Positions 39,999 to 52,100 are shown, numbered from the stretch's first letter. The stretch: 64,000 bases of DNA from a virus (IMGVR_UViG_2907233695_000001:100119-164118); one strand, 5' to 3'. A program made the numbers and translations. Notes: generated by a model from the letters alone, not told the origin.

Positions 39999-42900
39999 AT
40001 GGCGTTACTTGATACAATTGATTTATCTCAAAAAGTTCGCAATCTCGATATCTTCCTTGCAAGACCTGATATGACAATTGTGGGGATTTTAAAAGAGGCT
40101 TACAATAAAGATTTACATCTACAATTAAATTCTATACACGAGTTAAAGTTTGAGATGCCAGTTTATCTTGAAATTGATCATCAATTACAACTGAATCCAA
40201 ATGCACAAACAATCAGAGAAGGACATCTGCTCAAAGCGGTTGTAGGAACTGATTATCGGTGGTTTATCATTACCAAGATAACAAAAGTGATGGATCAAGA
40301 TAAAGATATATACCAAATTGATGCTTTTTCTCTTGGATATGAATTAAAGAGAAAAAGAATACATAAATACAAGGTGGATTCCGTATCTTGTTCTCAAGCA
40401 ATTTCTGATATAGTCGCAGGTACTAATTGGAACGTGGGAAGTATTGAGAGTAGCATATCCGCAAAAGTACGTTCATTTGATATGGTTGGTAGAACTGGAT
40501 TAGATGCAATCTTAGAAGTTGCTGCTGCGTTTGATGTTTTAATGGTGTTAGATGAAATTAATCGCTTAGTCAATTTAGTTGCAGCGGAGAACATTGGAAC
40601 AGATAAAGGATTGAGATTCACTCTAGGCCATTATTTGCGTGGTGTAAATTATGAAATTAATATGGATGATATGTGTACTCGCTTGAAGGTATACGGTAAA
40701 AACGACATCTCCATTCAGGATCAAAATCCGAACGGTCAATCTTACATCGAGGACTACAGCCGTTTCCTCTCTCCGTTCGCTCGTGATGCACAAAAAAATG
40801 TAATCACTCACTCAGATTACATGTCTGATTCTTTAGCAAATGCAATCTTGGACTACAATGATTTGATCACTTTAAATAAGACTACATATAGCAACTATCT
40901 AGCTTCTCTAGCAACTTATCAAAGTACATTAACAACACAGCAGAATGACATGTTTAATCTAACTGTTCAAAAAACTCAGGTACTTGATACGTTGGCACTT
41001 CTACAGGATGCTAAAAATGTTGCTAGTTATACTAATACTTACAATGGTTCTACTTTAACATATACAACACCATTGAATAATTTTTACAGTTACGCTATAT
41101 TGTGTAAAGTTTCAAGTGCGACTAATTTAACTGTTAAACTTGATAATGTTACAAAAACAATAACAGCAAACACTTGGACGGTACTTGGTAAATTAGGTAA
41201 TGGTGCAACAACAACTTCTGTTCAGTTTAGCGGAACAGCTACTAATGTAACGGTTAACATTGTTGTTGTGAGCATTCTTAACTCTGAATACACGGCTACT
41301 GGTAATGAATCGGCAATCATTACGAAATATTGCTTAGACTATACTCAGAATCTGATTAACCTGAAACAAGTAGATATTAATACTACTAATAATAACATCA
41401 CAACTGTTAACAATAATATTGCGACTTTAAGAAATACTTTATCCTATGCAAATAACTTTACTTCTGCTCAATTAACAGAATTACAATCATTCGTTATTGA
41501 AAAGGAACTTGTAGAATCTAATTATTCTGATTCTAAATCTCTATACGACTATGCTACATCTAAAATATTAGAGATTAATGTTCCACAGTTGATTGTTAAA
41601 ATTGATATCGTAAACTTCTTGCAGTGTATAGAAGAACAATGGAATTGGGATAAACTTGTGTTAGGCGATTTAGTTACAATTCTATATGAGCCAATGAACA
41701 TTGACATTAATGCGAAAATATCTGAAATTCAATATAACTTTGAATCAGGCGAGATTCAGTTAACAATTTCAAACGCAAAAATAGCAAGACATACTAGACA
41801 TAAATACATTAAATATATTTACAATACTGCAAATAACGTAATGGAGTTGAATAACAAACGTTACAATTGGGATTTAATTGGTCAAAACTTTGACAGTAGA
41901 AATGATCGTAAATCAACTGTTCCTGCTGATCCAGTTGTGGCTAGTGATGGTACAGCAATTACATCGATATTAAACGATGATGGTTCTGCTGATATTCATT
42001 TTAATTGGAGCTATACGGCATATAATGCAGCAACACCTAACGGAGACCAATATGACATTGATGGATTTATTGTTTATGTTCGCTCACTTGGAATAAATGA
42101 AAATTATACATTCGGCTCCAATCTTGCAAGTGAAAAGACATATACCTATCAAGCAGATAAACGTTCTGCTATTGTAACTGGCTTAGTTCCGAACCGATAT
42201 TACACGTTTGGAGTTCAAGCATATCGTCATGTTGATCCTGATATTAATTCTAATGGAATTTTAACATCCAATGTGATCAAGTCTACAGCGGTAAACCAAG
42301 ACCCATATCAACCTTCGGGAACCGTAAATGTTAACGGAAATTTAACAGGTACTAATGCACAGGTAAATGGAACACCTGTTGCCAGTATTACAACGGCTAC
42401 ATCTAATTTTGGAAATCGGAATAATCGAAATTCGACTACTCCTACAACTCCAACTATTGCTAATGATGCTACAGCAATTTCTATTCAGACAAATGATGAT
42501 GGTTCAGTTGACATTACATTTGATTGGAATTACACAAACGGTACAGGTAATACCAATCCAGCAACTATTGATGGATTTTACGTTTATACTTATTCGTCAA
42601 GTTCTTCGTCTGCTTATACAATTGGTACGTCTTCGTCGTTGGAACATGTACTTGTTGTGAAGTACGACCAAAGATCAGTTACACTTTATGGGGTTTCACC
42701 AACAAAATATTACACATTTGGGGTAAGAGCGTATAGAGTGGTTGATGCTGATATTAATCCAAATGGTGTATTGGTCAGTGCGATTGTACAGCCATCTTAT
42801 GCTTCGTATAATCCATTTAAGCCAAGTTCAGTTGTCAATATCAATGGTAATGTTACTGGCACTAATGCACAAATCAATGGTACTGCCGCATCTACTGTTG

Positions 42901-45900
42901 TAACAAATGCAGGAAACGGTAATATTGCTTACAGTGGCACATCAAACACAATCAGAAATAGTAACCCAATTGTAAATTTGCCAACTGTTACAGGGACTCC
43001 ATTTAGTATTTTTAATAATCCAGATGGTTCGGCAGATATTACAGTTACTTGGGCATATACAGAAAGTAGTACTTCACCTATAAATGGTTTTGGGATTATA
43101 GTTTATAGTAGCGGGAGTTCTACTGCTCATACTCCTTCAATAACTGATACTGTATATTATGTTGATAAAGCTTCAACGACATTTACACTTTATGGTATCA
43201 ATCCGACGAATTACTTTACATTCGGATTGTTCGCATATCGAAGTGTCGATACATCTGTTACCTCATCAGGAATCATTAGATCAAACTTTACAACAGTTAA
43301 TCCTTCAGGGAACCCATTGCAAATTTCAACTGGTGTTACTGTGACAGCATCCATTAGTGGCATTAGTACAATTAATGGTGTTTCAGCGTCTACAGTTACA
43401 ACTAACGCTGGAAATGGTAATACCGCATATAGTCAAACATCAAACACTATTAGAAATAGTAATGCTATAACCAATGTTCCAGTAGCGGGGACTACTCCTA
43501 TTAGTGTTACAACAAATCCTGATTCAAGCGTTGATATCACAATAAATTGGACTTATACAGAATCAAGTACAAGCCCTATAAATGGTTTTGGGATTGCTGT
43601 ATATGCTAATACTTCTTCAACAACACATACACCTAGTTTAAGCGATACTATTTACTATGCAGATAAATCCACAACAAATTTCACTATCTATGGAGCGAAT
43701 CCAACAACTTATTATACATTTGGTATTTTTGCATATCGAATTGTTGATACATCAATAAATAGTGGTGGAATAATAAGATCGACTATTACGATTATCAATT
43801 CCGGTGGAACTGCTTATCAACCAGCCACTAGCGCAAACTTTACAGGTAGTGTAAATGGAGTAGGGGCATCGGTTGTAAGTAACGCTACAACCAATTTCAA
43901 CAATCGTAATGATCGTATGGCTGATATTCCTGCTACAGCAACAGGTTTAACATTAGCAAACAATTTAAACACAGATGGTTCTGCTGACATTGTATTTTCA
44001 TGGGCATTTAGTGGTACTGATAACGCTCATAATATTGATGGTTTTCAGGTGTATGTATATTCTTCAACTACAAATGCAACATATACAATTGGAACATCTC
44101 CATCTTTAGAGAGAATTTATCATTTACCACCTAATCAAACATCGTTTGTTTTGTATGGGGTAACTCCAGACAGATACTATACTTTTGGTGTTCGTGCGGT
44201 TAGAATGGTCGATCATGATATTTGGTCATCGGTTGCAGTTGCGAATCAAATAACAGGTGATGGAATTGTTGGTGCAATAGCTACCGCTACGCCCAATCCA
44301 TATCAACCTTCGACAACTCCAAACTTCACTGGTAATGTAGGAGGTACTAGTGCTGGAACGATTAGTACAGCAACAACCAATTTTAACAGTAGAAATGACA
44401 GGTTATCAGATATCCCTGCGATTCCAACTGGATTAACAGTCAATAGTGTATTAAATGCGAACGGTTCTGCTGATCTTGCCTTCTCATGGACGTTTAGCGG
44501 TTCAGATAATCAGCATAACATCGATGGATTTATGGTTAGTATCTATACTCAATCATCCAATATCGCCTACACATTCGGAACAAGCGTAAGTGCAGAAAAG
44601 ACGATAACTCTTGATTCAAGTAAAACATCCTATATCTTACATGGGGTGTCTCCAAGTTCATATTATACATTTGGGGTAAGAGCGTTTCGCGTAGTTGACC
44701 ATGATGTATGGAATACGGTAGCAGCACAATACCAAAAAACAGGTGACATGATAGTTGGTTCTATTGCTACATATTCCCCTAACCCTTATCAACCTTCGTC
44801 AAGTCCGAATTATACAGGTAATATTAATGGGACAAGTGCTTCAACAATTGCTTATAATTCAACTACAAGCAATATCAACCTGTTACAAAATGGAGGGTCA
44901 GAGATTTGTACTGGTCGATTTGGAGCAAATATCCCTGATGGATGGTTAACTTGGCAACCAAGTACATTATGTACCTTCACACGCAGAGTAAATGATTCAT
45001 CTTGGACGATATCTGGAAATTCGTCATTTGAAATAAATTATTCGGGTACTGCTACTACAAATACCAATGGTGCTTATTTCCAAGATTATACCAGAGTTAG
45101 TGCAGGAGAAACATATACTCTTTCTGCATTGTTAGAAGCACACAGATGTAGTGGCTGGATTAGATTTGAGTACTATGATTCTTCAAATACCATGATTGGT
45201 TCTGATAATAGTACATCGATTACAAATATTAGTACGCCAACCACAATGACACTAACTAAAACGTTGCCAACAAATTGTACAAAACTAAGATGTTTATTAT
45301 GGAAAGATGTACAAATGGCAAGCCAAACAAGTAGTTATCTCTTTGCTGATACCGTAAAACTTGAAAAAGGAAGTTTTGCTACTCCATATGTTGAAATTGG
45401 AAATTCTGACGCAATTAACAATGCTACGAAAACTTCGTCAACAGTTATAATTGCTGATGGTTCTACAACTTTAAATCCATTGAGGGCAGACTATGTAGTT
45501 CCAGCAGGAGCAACCAATGCACAGGATACAATTAATACCGCTATTAATGCATTGCCTGCGAGTGGTGGAAAAATCGTACTACTTGAAGGAACATATAATG
45601 TTAATGGCGCAATTAATTTAAAAAGCAATGTTTCACTTGAGGGGCAAGGTACTGGAACGGTAATTAAAAGGCCAACTGGAGTTACGCCAGTCTTTTATTG
45701 TATTAGCGCCATCGGTTGTTCGAATATCTCTCTAGAATCTTTCTGTGTAGATGGAAGCAATTACGCTATTTCAAACGGTGGGAATAACGGTGCGGTCTAT
45801 TGCGGAAGCTCTACGAGTGGAATTAAGATCAACAATCTAACCGTACAAAACTGGAAGAACTCGGGCGTTGGATTTACCGGAGTTTATGGAATTCGAGTGC

Positions 45901-46604
45901 AGAGTTGTAGCAATCTCTCAATTACAAATTGCACTTTTACTGGTAATAATACTTGTCCAAATATACTTGTTCTTGATACAAACAATTCTACCATAGATAA
46001 AAATACGATATCTGCCTCATCATCTAATGGAATATACTATAATGGTACAGTTGATGCTTACAACATTTCCATTACTAATAATAAAATATCTTCATGTTCG
46101 GTTGGCATATGGTTTGATATTAGTACTGGAATCAAAACCTATAACTCGCTAATAAATAACAACATTATCACTTCTATGACTCAACAGGGAATAAAATCGT
46201 TTAATGGATATTACACGACAATAAGTGGAAACATCATTGACACCGCTTCGGTTGGGATCGATGCTTCCGATAGTACTTCAACTTTCATTACTAATAATAT
46301 CGTTAGAAACACCAGTGATAATGGAATAAATTATGTTCAAATTAATAACGGGAATGTTTCTAATAATGTATTAAATGGATGTCAAACTAGTTCATTATCA
46401 GCCTGCTTGAATGTAGTCGGAAGCTATAATACTATCCAAAGCAATACTATAAGGTTAAATGGTAATACTGCTGGCTACGCTATCAGAGTAGGTTCAGGTA
46501 CGGGCAATTATGTAACAAATAATGATTGCATTAATGGCTATGCCACAAGCGCGTTATCTGATTCTGGAACAAGCACAAATATTGGCTCTGGCAATAGAGT
46601 CTAG
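39999..46604 (+). CDS. Tal/tail spike: endopeptidase-fold N-terminus, 6 FN3-like modules, CBM-like domain, C-terminal beta-helix
   Basis: TRLKVYGK..NPNGQSYIEDYS, LVLGDLVTI; repeated DGSADI.F.W..IDGF..YYTFGV.AYR; AQDTINTAINALPASGGKIVLLEGTY followed by Asn-ladder beta-helix repeats. Confidence 0.85.
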   Translation: MALLDTIDLSQKVRNLDIFLARPDMTIVGILKEAYNKDLHLQLNSIHELKFEMPVYLEIDHQLQLNPNAQTIREGHLLKAVVGTDYRWFIITKITKVMDQDKDIYQIDAFSLGYELKRKRIHKYKVDSVSCSQAISDIVAGTNWNVGSIESSISAKVRSFDMVGRTGLDAILEVAAAFDVLMVLDEINRLVNLVAAENIGTDKGLRFTLGHYLRGVNYEINMDDMCTRLKVYGKNDISIQDQNPNGQSYIEDYSRFLSPFARDAQKNVITHSDYMSDSLANAILDYNDLITLNKTTYSNYLASLATYQSTLTTQQNDMFNLTVQKTQVLDTLALLQDAKNVASYTNTYNGSTLTYTTPLNNFYSYAILCKVSSATNLTVKLDNVTKTITANTWTVLGKLGNGATTTSVQFSGTATNVTVNIVVVSILNSEYTATGNESAIITKYCLDYTQNLINLKQVDINTTNNNITTVNNNIATLRNTLSYANNFTSAQLTELQSFVIEKELVESNYSDSKSLYDYATSKILEINVPQLIVKIDIVNFLQCIEEQWNWDKLVLGDLVTILYEPMNIDINAKISEIQYNFESGEIQLTISNAKIARHTRHKYIKYIYNTANNVMELNNKRYNWDLIGQNFDSRNDRKSTVPADPVVASDGTAITSILNDDGSADIHFNWSYTAYNAATPNGDQYDIDGFIVYVRSLGINENYTFGSNLASEKTYTYQADKRSAIVTGLVPNRYYTFGVQAYRHVDPDINSNGILTSNVIKSTAVNQDPYQPSGTVNVNGNLTGTNAQVNGTPVASITTATSNFGNRNNRNSTTPTTPTIANDATAISIQTNDDGSVDITFDWNYTNGTGNTNPATIDGFYVYTYSSSSSSAYTIGTSSSLEHVLVVKYDQRSVTLYGVSPTKYYTFGVRAYRVVDADINPNGVLVSAIVQPSYASYNPFKPSSVVNINGNVTGTNAQINGTAASTVVTNAGNGNIAYSGTSNTIRNSNPIVNLPTVTGTPFSIFNNPDGSADITVTWAYTESSTSPINGFGIIVYSSGSSTAHTPSITDTVYYVDKASTTFTLYGINPTNYFTFGLFAYRSVDTSVTSSGIIRSNFTTVNPSGNPLQISTGVTVTASISGISTINGVSASTVTTNAGNGNTAYSQTSNTIRNSNAITNVPVAGTTPISVTTNPDSSVDITINWTYTESSTSPINGFGIAVYANTSSTTHTPSLSDTIYYADKSTTNFTIYGANPTTYYTFGIFAYRIVDTSINSGGIIRSTITIINSGGTAYQPATSANFTGSVNGVGASVVSNATTNFNNRNDRMADIPATATGLTLANNLNTDGSADIVFSWAFSGTDNAHNIDGFQVYVYSSTTNATYTIGTSPSLERIYHLPPNQTSFVLYGVTPDRYYTFGVRAVRMVDHDIWSSVAVANQITGDGIVGAIATATPNPYQPSTTPNFTGNVGGTSAGTISTATTNFNSRNDRLSDIPAIPTGLTVNSVLNANGSADLAFSWTFSGSDNQHNIDGFMVSIYTQSSNIAYTFGTSVSAEKTITLDSSKTSYILHGVSPSSYYTFGVRAFRVVDHDVWNTVAAQYQKTGDMIVGSIATYSPNPYQPSSSPNYTGNINGTSASTIAYNSTTSNINLLQNGGSEICTGRFGANIPDGWLTWQPSTLCTFTRRVNDSSWTISGNSSFEINYSGTATTNTNGAYFQDYTRVSAGETYTLSALLEAHRCSGWIRFEYYDSSNTMIGSDNSTSITNISTPTTMTLTKTLPTNCTKLRCLLWKDVQMASQTSSYLFADTVKLEKGSFATPYVEIGNSDAINNATKTSSTVIIADGSTTLNPLRADYVVPAGATNAQDTINTAINALPASGGKIVLLEGTYNVNGAINLKSNVSLEGQGTGTVIKRPTGVTPVFYCISAIGCSNISLESFCVDGSNYAISNGGNNGAVYCGSSTSGIKINNLTVQNWKNSGVGFTGVYGIRVQSCSNLSITNCTFTGNNTCPNILVLDTNNSTIDKNTISASSSNGIYYNGTVDAYNISITNNKISSCSVGIWFDISTGIKTYNSLINNNIITSMTQQGIKSFNGYYTTISGNIIDTASVGIDASDSTSTFITNNIVRNTSDNGINYVQINNGNVSNNVLNGCQTSSLSACLNVVGSYNTIQSNTIRLNGNTAGYAIRVGSGTGNYVTNNDCINGYATSALSDSGTSTNIGSGNRV

Positions 46605-46623
46605 TTGTATGGTGGTGACAAAA

Positions 46624-47397
46624 ATGAGAGTAAGATCAGAAGATGGTAAGCCAGTTTTTGCAACACATGTTATTTCAGTTACTCAATATGAGTCAATAGA
46701 TAATGACTCCATAAAGTTTAGACTGGAAGATGGTAATCAAATTGTCTGTTACAGTGCAGAAGAATATGCACACTTTGATGAGTATTTTACAGGTAAAGGT
46801 ATAAGTTTCACAGTTGAAAAACTCACAAACAATATTGTAGTTCCATATCCAGACTACAAATATTCGAGTCGAAGTGAAATCATTGATCATCTTCAAAATG
46901 GAATCGTGCCTGAAGGATTGCAATTGCATTTAGAGAGAAAGCAAAATATTGAGAATATCAGTTTGCTTTCTGTGGCTACAGAGGTTGATTTGGAATCAAC
47001 CAAACGAGAGGTAGATGCAAAAAATAAAATTAGTGTTGGTGAAATTACATCAACTAATTTTAGCCAATTGAGTCAGGACGAACAGGATACGGTTAAGTTA
47101 GTTTTATTTAAAGAGTATTCACCTGCTCCTTTAGATCAAGCAAAAGCTTTATCGGCTGTTGAATTTGCCTTGGTTAGCTTGGCGAAAATCCTGAATAAAT
47201 CCATTGATCGAACGAAGCTAACTCAATCTGAGTTGGATTTTTTTGATGCTTTGGTAGGAACTTTTAATCTTAATGATATGCCTATTGATGATACGACTGA
47301 TTGGAGATATCAATATTTGCATAAGCAATTTGAATCGACACAGGCGAATAGGCAGGAGTATTTTAATAAGAAGTTAAATGTCATTGGGAAAGTTTAA
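46624..47397 (+). CDS. hypothetical tail-associated protein
   Basis: Likely ATG 46624 after GGTGGTG; between Tal and an insertion. Confidence 0.55.
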   Translation: MRVRSEDGKPVFATHVISVTQYESIDNDSIKFRLEDGNQIVCYSAEEYAHFDEYFTGKGISFTVEKLTNNIVVPYPDYKYSSRSEIIDHLQNGIVPEGLQLHLERKQNIENISLLSVATEVDLESTKREVDAKNKISVGEITSTNFSQLSQDEQDTVKLVLFKEYSPAPLDQAKALSAVEFALVSLAKILNKSIDRTKLTQSELDFFDALVGTFNLNDMPIDDTTDWRYQYLHKQFESTQANRQEYFNKKLNVIGKV

Positions 47398-47401
47398 AGT
47401 T

Positions 47402-47421
47402 AATGAAACATAGGTTTTATG
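47402..47421. repeat. 7-6-7 quasi-palindrome copy 6 (AATGAAA-catagg-TTTTATG)
   Basis: Motif match 5 nt after stop; downstream flank resembles that of the 23260 copy. Confidence 0.7.
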
Positions 47422-47533
47422 AGGATTTCATATCTGAAAACAAGAGAATAAGTGAGTAATATTGAGATTGAGGGAGATTGCATTTTGCAATTCTCCTTCT
47501 TTTTGTTGTGCAAATTTTAGGGGAGATGGTGTG

Positions 47534-47719
47534 ATGTACATTTATTCAATGAAAACTGCTGCTTACTTGATGATGAGAAATTTCGTACTACAGGGAATGG
47601 AGAAGTCAAGGGAGAGCAATAGAAATGTTTTCATTTTTAATGACTCAGATGACTTGATGAATGCCATCGAAGATTACAAGCAAAACAAGGATCGAATTAT
47701 GGACTGTCTGAAAAGATAG
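47534..47719 (+). CDS. DUF5659-like small protein
   Basis: IYSMKTAAYLMMRNF....NRNVFIFNDSDDL..AIEDY pattern; ATG 47534 after GGGAGA. Confidence 0.6.
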   Translation: MYIYSMKTAAYLMMRNFVLQGMEKSRESNRNVFIFNDSDDLMNAIEDYKQNKDRIMDCLKR

Positions 47720-47772
47720 TCTTTTTAATTTTAACAACAAATATAAAAACAACAAATAAGGAGATGCTTTAA

Positions 47773-49101
47773 ATGCTGATATTGCCACAAATGGTTGAAG
47801 TTAAATGGAGTGGTAAGATAAAAACACATTTTATCGAAAAAGGATACGAGTTCACAAAATTATTTGATGAATTCTCGGTTTATATTCTTGACTTACCAAG
47901 GGGGAGTTCAAAGGAGATCGAGTTAATTTGTGATTATTGCTTAGAGGACGGAATCGTTTTAGCCTTTTCGAGGCCATATTGTCATTTCGTACAATCTAGA
48001 GAAATATCGAATAAAGACTGCTGTAGAAAATGCTCTAGCAAAAAAGTTGCAGAGAATACATTAGCCAAGTACGGTGTAAAGAATGTAAATCAACTTGATG
48101 AAATAAAAGAGAAGAAGAAACACATCAATTTGGAAAGATACGGCGTTGAGCATTACACGCAAACAGAAGATTACAAAGAAAAGGTAAAGAAAACAAATAT
48201 AGAAAAATACGGTGTACCATATCACATACAAAGCATAGAAGTAAGAAATAGAATATCGAAAAGTAATATCGACAAATATGGAGTAGAGAATGTATTTGCA
48301 AACAAAGAGATCATAGGGAAGATAAAAGAAAGTAATTTGAAGAATCACGGGTTTGATAATCCCATGAAGAATCCAGAAATCGTTCAAAAACTAGCCAACT
48401 CAAATATTGAGAAATATGGAGTGGCAGTTCCTCTCGCAGAGGACGCTAATGTTAAAAACAAAGCAAAGCATACAATTATCCAAAGGTATGGTGTTGATAA
48501 CTACTCAAAGACAGAGGAGTATATTGAAAAAGTAAAAGCAACAAATCAGAGAATTCGAGGGGTAGACTTTCCTACTCAATCTGGGGAAGTTATGACGAAA
48601 GTGTCTAATAGTTTTTATAAAAATGGCACAGGAAAAACTTCTAAACAACAGATTTATCTAAATAATTTATTTGGTGGGAAATTGAATTATTCAAAAGACT
48701 TAAAAGCAATGCTGGATATCGCGTTCCCCGAAGAAAAGATATATGTCGAATATGACGGTGGAGGCCACTGGCTTTCAGTTGCAATGGGACAAATATCGAT
48801 TGAAGATTTTAATAAAAAAGAATTACGCAGAAGTTTTGCCTTATTAAGAGAGGGATGGAAGGAAATTAGGATCATCTCCAAAAGCGATTTACTACCTCTG
48901 GATAGCAAACTATTAGAAATGCTTTCAATCGCTAAAAAATATTTAAGTACGGGCAGACATTTTATTAAATTTGATATAGATGAAAATAAAATAGTAACTA
49001 GTCAATACGAAGTAAATTTTGATTTTGGTAGACTCAGAAAAATAAAAGAAAAAGATTGTATTCAAGAAGCCGATAACATTCAGGCTTCTTTTTCATTTTA
49101 A
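47773..49101 (+). CDS. putative free-standing homing endonuclease: Zn finger + 8 x 23-aa YG repeats + PD-(D/E)xK/Vsr-like domain
   Basis: MLILPQMVEVKW N-terminus like 9059; CDYC..CRKC; LDIAF..KIYVEYDGGGH..GWKEIRI. Confidence 0.72.
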   Translation: MLILPQMVEVKWSGKIKTHFIEKGYEFTKLFDEFSVYILDLPRGSSKEIELICDYCLEDGIVLAFSRPYCHFVQSREISNKDCCRKCSSKKVAENTLAKYGVKNVNQLDEIKEKKKHINLERYGVEHYTQTEDYKEKVKKTNIEKYGVPYHIQSIEVRNRISKSNIDKYGVENVFANKEIIGKIKESNLKNHGFDNPMKNPEIVQKLANSNIEKYGVAVPLAEDANVKNKAKHTIIQRYGVDNYSKTEEYIEKVKATNQRIRGVDFPTQSGEVMTKVSNSFYKNGTGKTSKQQIYLNNLFGGKLNYSKDLKAMLDIAFPEEKIYVEYDGGGHWLSVAMGQISIEDFNKKELRRSFALLREGWKEIRIISKSDLLPLDSKLLEMLSIAKKYLSTGRHFIKFDIDENKIVTSQYEVNFDFGRLRKIKEKDCIQEADNIQASFSF

Positions 49102-49115
49102 AGGAGGAAGAATAA

Positions 49116-52100
49116 ATGTCGGTTTTCGATTATGATAATTCAGTAATTGGGCAGTTAAGAAAAGGGACGGTGGATGACCCCTATATTTCAATTAGCGAAC
49201 CAAAACAAGTGATTAACTCTGTTGTAAATTTGAGCGAAATTCCTGATGATTTTCAGCGAGTTAAAGTAACGACCACTGATGGAACATTAACACTAACAGA
49301 GATTACTAGCGGTTCGCCAACTATAAATCAGTATATTATCGATTATAATCAAGGATTAGCAACATTAAATTCTGGGAGAAATAATCAGCAATTGGTATTC
49401 ACTTATAAGGGGAAGGGTGGATATTTTCTCAGTTCAAACAGGGTCTTCACGGCTCAGTCAAATGGATTAGTTACCCAAACATTAACGCAATACGTAGATG
49501 ATGCAAAAGCGCAAATTGATACGAAAGTAGCGAGTGTAACTTCAAGCGCAAATACGGCATTGACTAATGCTCAATCAGCAAAAACATTGAGTGATCAAGC
49601 GACTGCCAGTGCCACTAGTGCAGCTTCCACAGCAACTTCTGCTGCGTCCTCTGCAAATACAGCAGCCACAGCAGCAAATACAGCATCGACAAATGCGACG
49701 AGCACAATTAACGCTATTAATACTGACATGAAGATTTCACATAAGGGAACTCTTGCTACTTTTTCCCTTCTTCCATCTTCGGGTCAGCAAGTTGGTGACA
49801 CGTATGTAGTTACCTCGGATTCAAATAATGCAAATAATGGAGTATGGAGATGGCAATCTAATTCCACTTGGTTAAAGATAAACAATTTGAATATTTCTGG
49901 TGCAGAGACGGTTTCCAATGTTTCCGTTGTTGACCAAGCCAAATCAGATATTGTACGCGACTCTATTCACAGCGGTGTAATTTCTGTAAGTGCATTAACC
50001 ACAGATTCTACTTCAACATTAAATGGGTTTACTATTAGTGCATTTATTGCTTATATCAATGGATATAAAGTTTCCATACCTCAAACAGTAATTACTATGC
50101 CTAATGCAGGTTCGTTTGGAATGAAAGATCAACTTGTTTTCGTGGAGGCATATTTCCCATCTACGGGAAATGGATATCAATTAAGCACTAGATTTAGGAC
50201 GGTTGATGCAGTAGATTTTACAGCCTATCCCGAAGGTGTAGGTCATTCTGCGGTAGTATTTGCTCAAGGTGGTCAAGCATCTCCTACCACTTATACATTC
50301 ACTAAAGATTCTGTGGATCAGGGATTATACGTCAGCGGTTCGGGTTCTGCTGGTGATAAAACTACACTAGCAACGTTCGATGGAAAAGTTTACGCTATTC
50401 CAATTGCTCGTGTAAAAAGACGTAATAGCGGAGGATACAGAAAAGACAATATTTCTGGCTGTGTTGATTTTATTTCCACTACTTTATCTGCTATTGCAAG
50501 CACCATATCTAATACGGTTACAGTTGCTAGTGCAACAGGATTAAGTGTTGGAAATAGTATTAAAATTGGTTCATCATCTATCTATAAAATCAATGCAATC
50601 AGTGGTACAACTTTAACTTTAGATAGAAATGCTGATTCTGCTCATGCTTCCGGTTCTACCGTAGTAATCCAAAGTGACCGACCTGATTCACTTTACAGTA
50701 ATGTAATTTCTTCTTCCGACATCATAGACCTACGCCACAAAGTATCCTTAACAGGTGTAAATTATCAACAATTGCTCGAAGAAAACTTTGATAATCTTCT
50801 TCGTGGAAACTTAACCACTAAGGATACGAAAACGAGCATCAAAGAAACTTGGGGGTTACGTAAAGCACCATTGGGATTGGCACAAAGTTTGCAATCGGTG
50901 ACGATTAAGGGTAGCGATGGTACGAGTCGTGATTTGGTGAATTTTTTAGGTACGGACGGTAACTGTGAAGACATAAGCAAATGGACTACGGGTGGTACTC
51001 TTTCTACAACACAGGCAAAGTACGGAAAAAATTCGCTTAAATTTGTAACCAGTAACAATTCACTATACGCATATAAGGATTACAGTATTTCTTCCTTTAC
51101 ATCGGGCTATTATCTCGTTGCATGTGATGTATATATTGAGTCATATACGAGCGGAAACGTCATTCAAATTGACATTAGAGACTACAACACGTTTACACAA
51201 CGATATTCTGCGATAGCTAATACTGCTATAACTGGTAAATGGCAGACACTCTATTTTAAGATTCCTGCTAATGGTGCGATTACCACGCCTAACGGCTTCC
51301 GCATATTATTCGGCGAGCAAGCAACAGGGACAAGCACTAGTTATTTTGATGGTATTCGTCTCTACCAGATCGACCAAGCCACATACAACCTCATCGACGT
51401 TGACCCGAACTACACAGGTGGCGATAAAATCAGTGCTTTATTCCCTTATGTGGATTCACAACCAAACTTTGTGGAGAACTTAGTTTATGGAGAACAGGAG
51501 CAAGATAACGCTGCCTTTAATGTTGGCACAAACTCTACCTATGATAATGCATGGATAAGCGGAAAATTAAACATTTATAATGGTTCCGCTAGTGTATGGG
51601 GTAAAGGATTTCAATTATCTGTAGCTAGCGGAACCGCATATACGCTAAATCTTGATACGGCAATAGCTTCGGATGGGGCATCATTAAATGTCGAAATAGG
51701 CTACACTTCTACAACAAATGATGTAGTGTCAAAGGCATCGCAAACAGGGCATGTTTCATTCTCGTTTACTCCTACTCAAAATACTGTTTACGTTAAATTC
51801 CGTAGGCAGGGAGCAACAGATAATACAAAACCTGTTACCGTTTGGAACATTAAGGTGGAAGCAGGCTCGGTAGAAAATGTATATGTTCCTAAAGGTCGCT
51901 GGTATATCCCTGCTGACTACCAAGGTTATAACGCTCACATGGGTAATAACTCTGTATCTCGATATGATAACGTTAATGGTGGACGCTTTACTGGTCAACG
52001 CTCAACATTCTCAGATGCTCAAACTAGCGAAACTCGCACAGATGTCATCGAAGCACTCATGACACCGCAAAAGCATATTGCCGTAACTCAGGCCACAGCA

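Noticed and set aside
41886-44860. Tal repeats as DGR template/variable repeats or a shufflon
   Set aside because: No reverse transcriptase in the window; copies are in-frame, direct and diverged at all bases
46522-46623. Upstream starts in the ORF track (also 15964, 30002, 32177, 47462, 56391, 59460)
   Set aside because: They lack an RBS or overlap neighbours; downstream starts have good SD sequences
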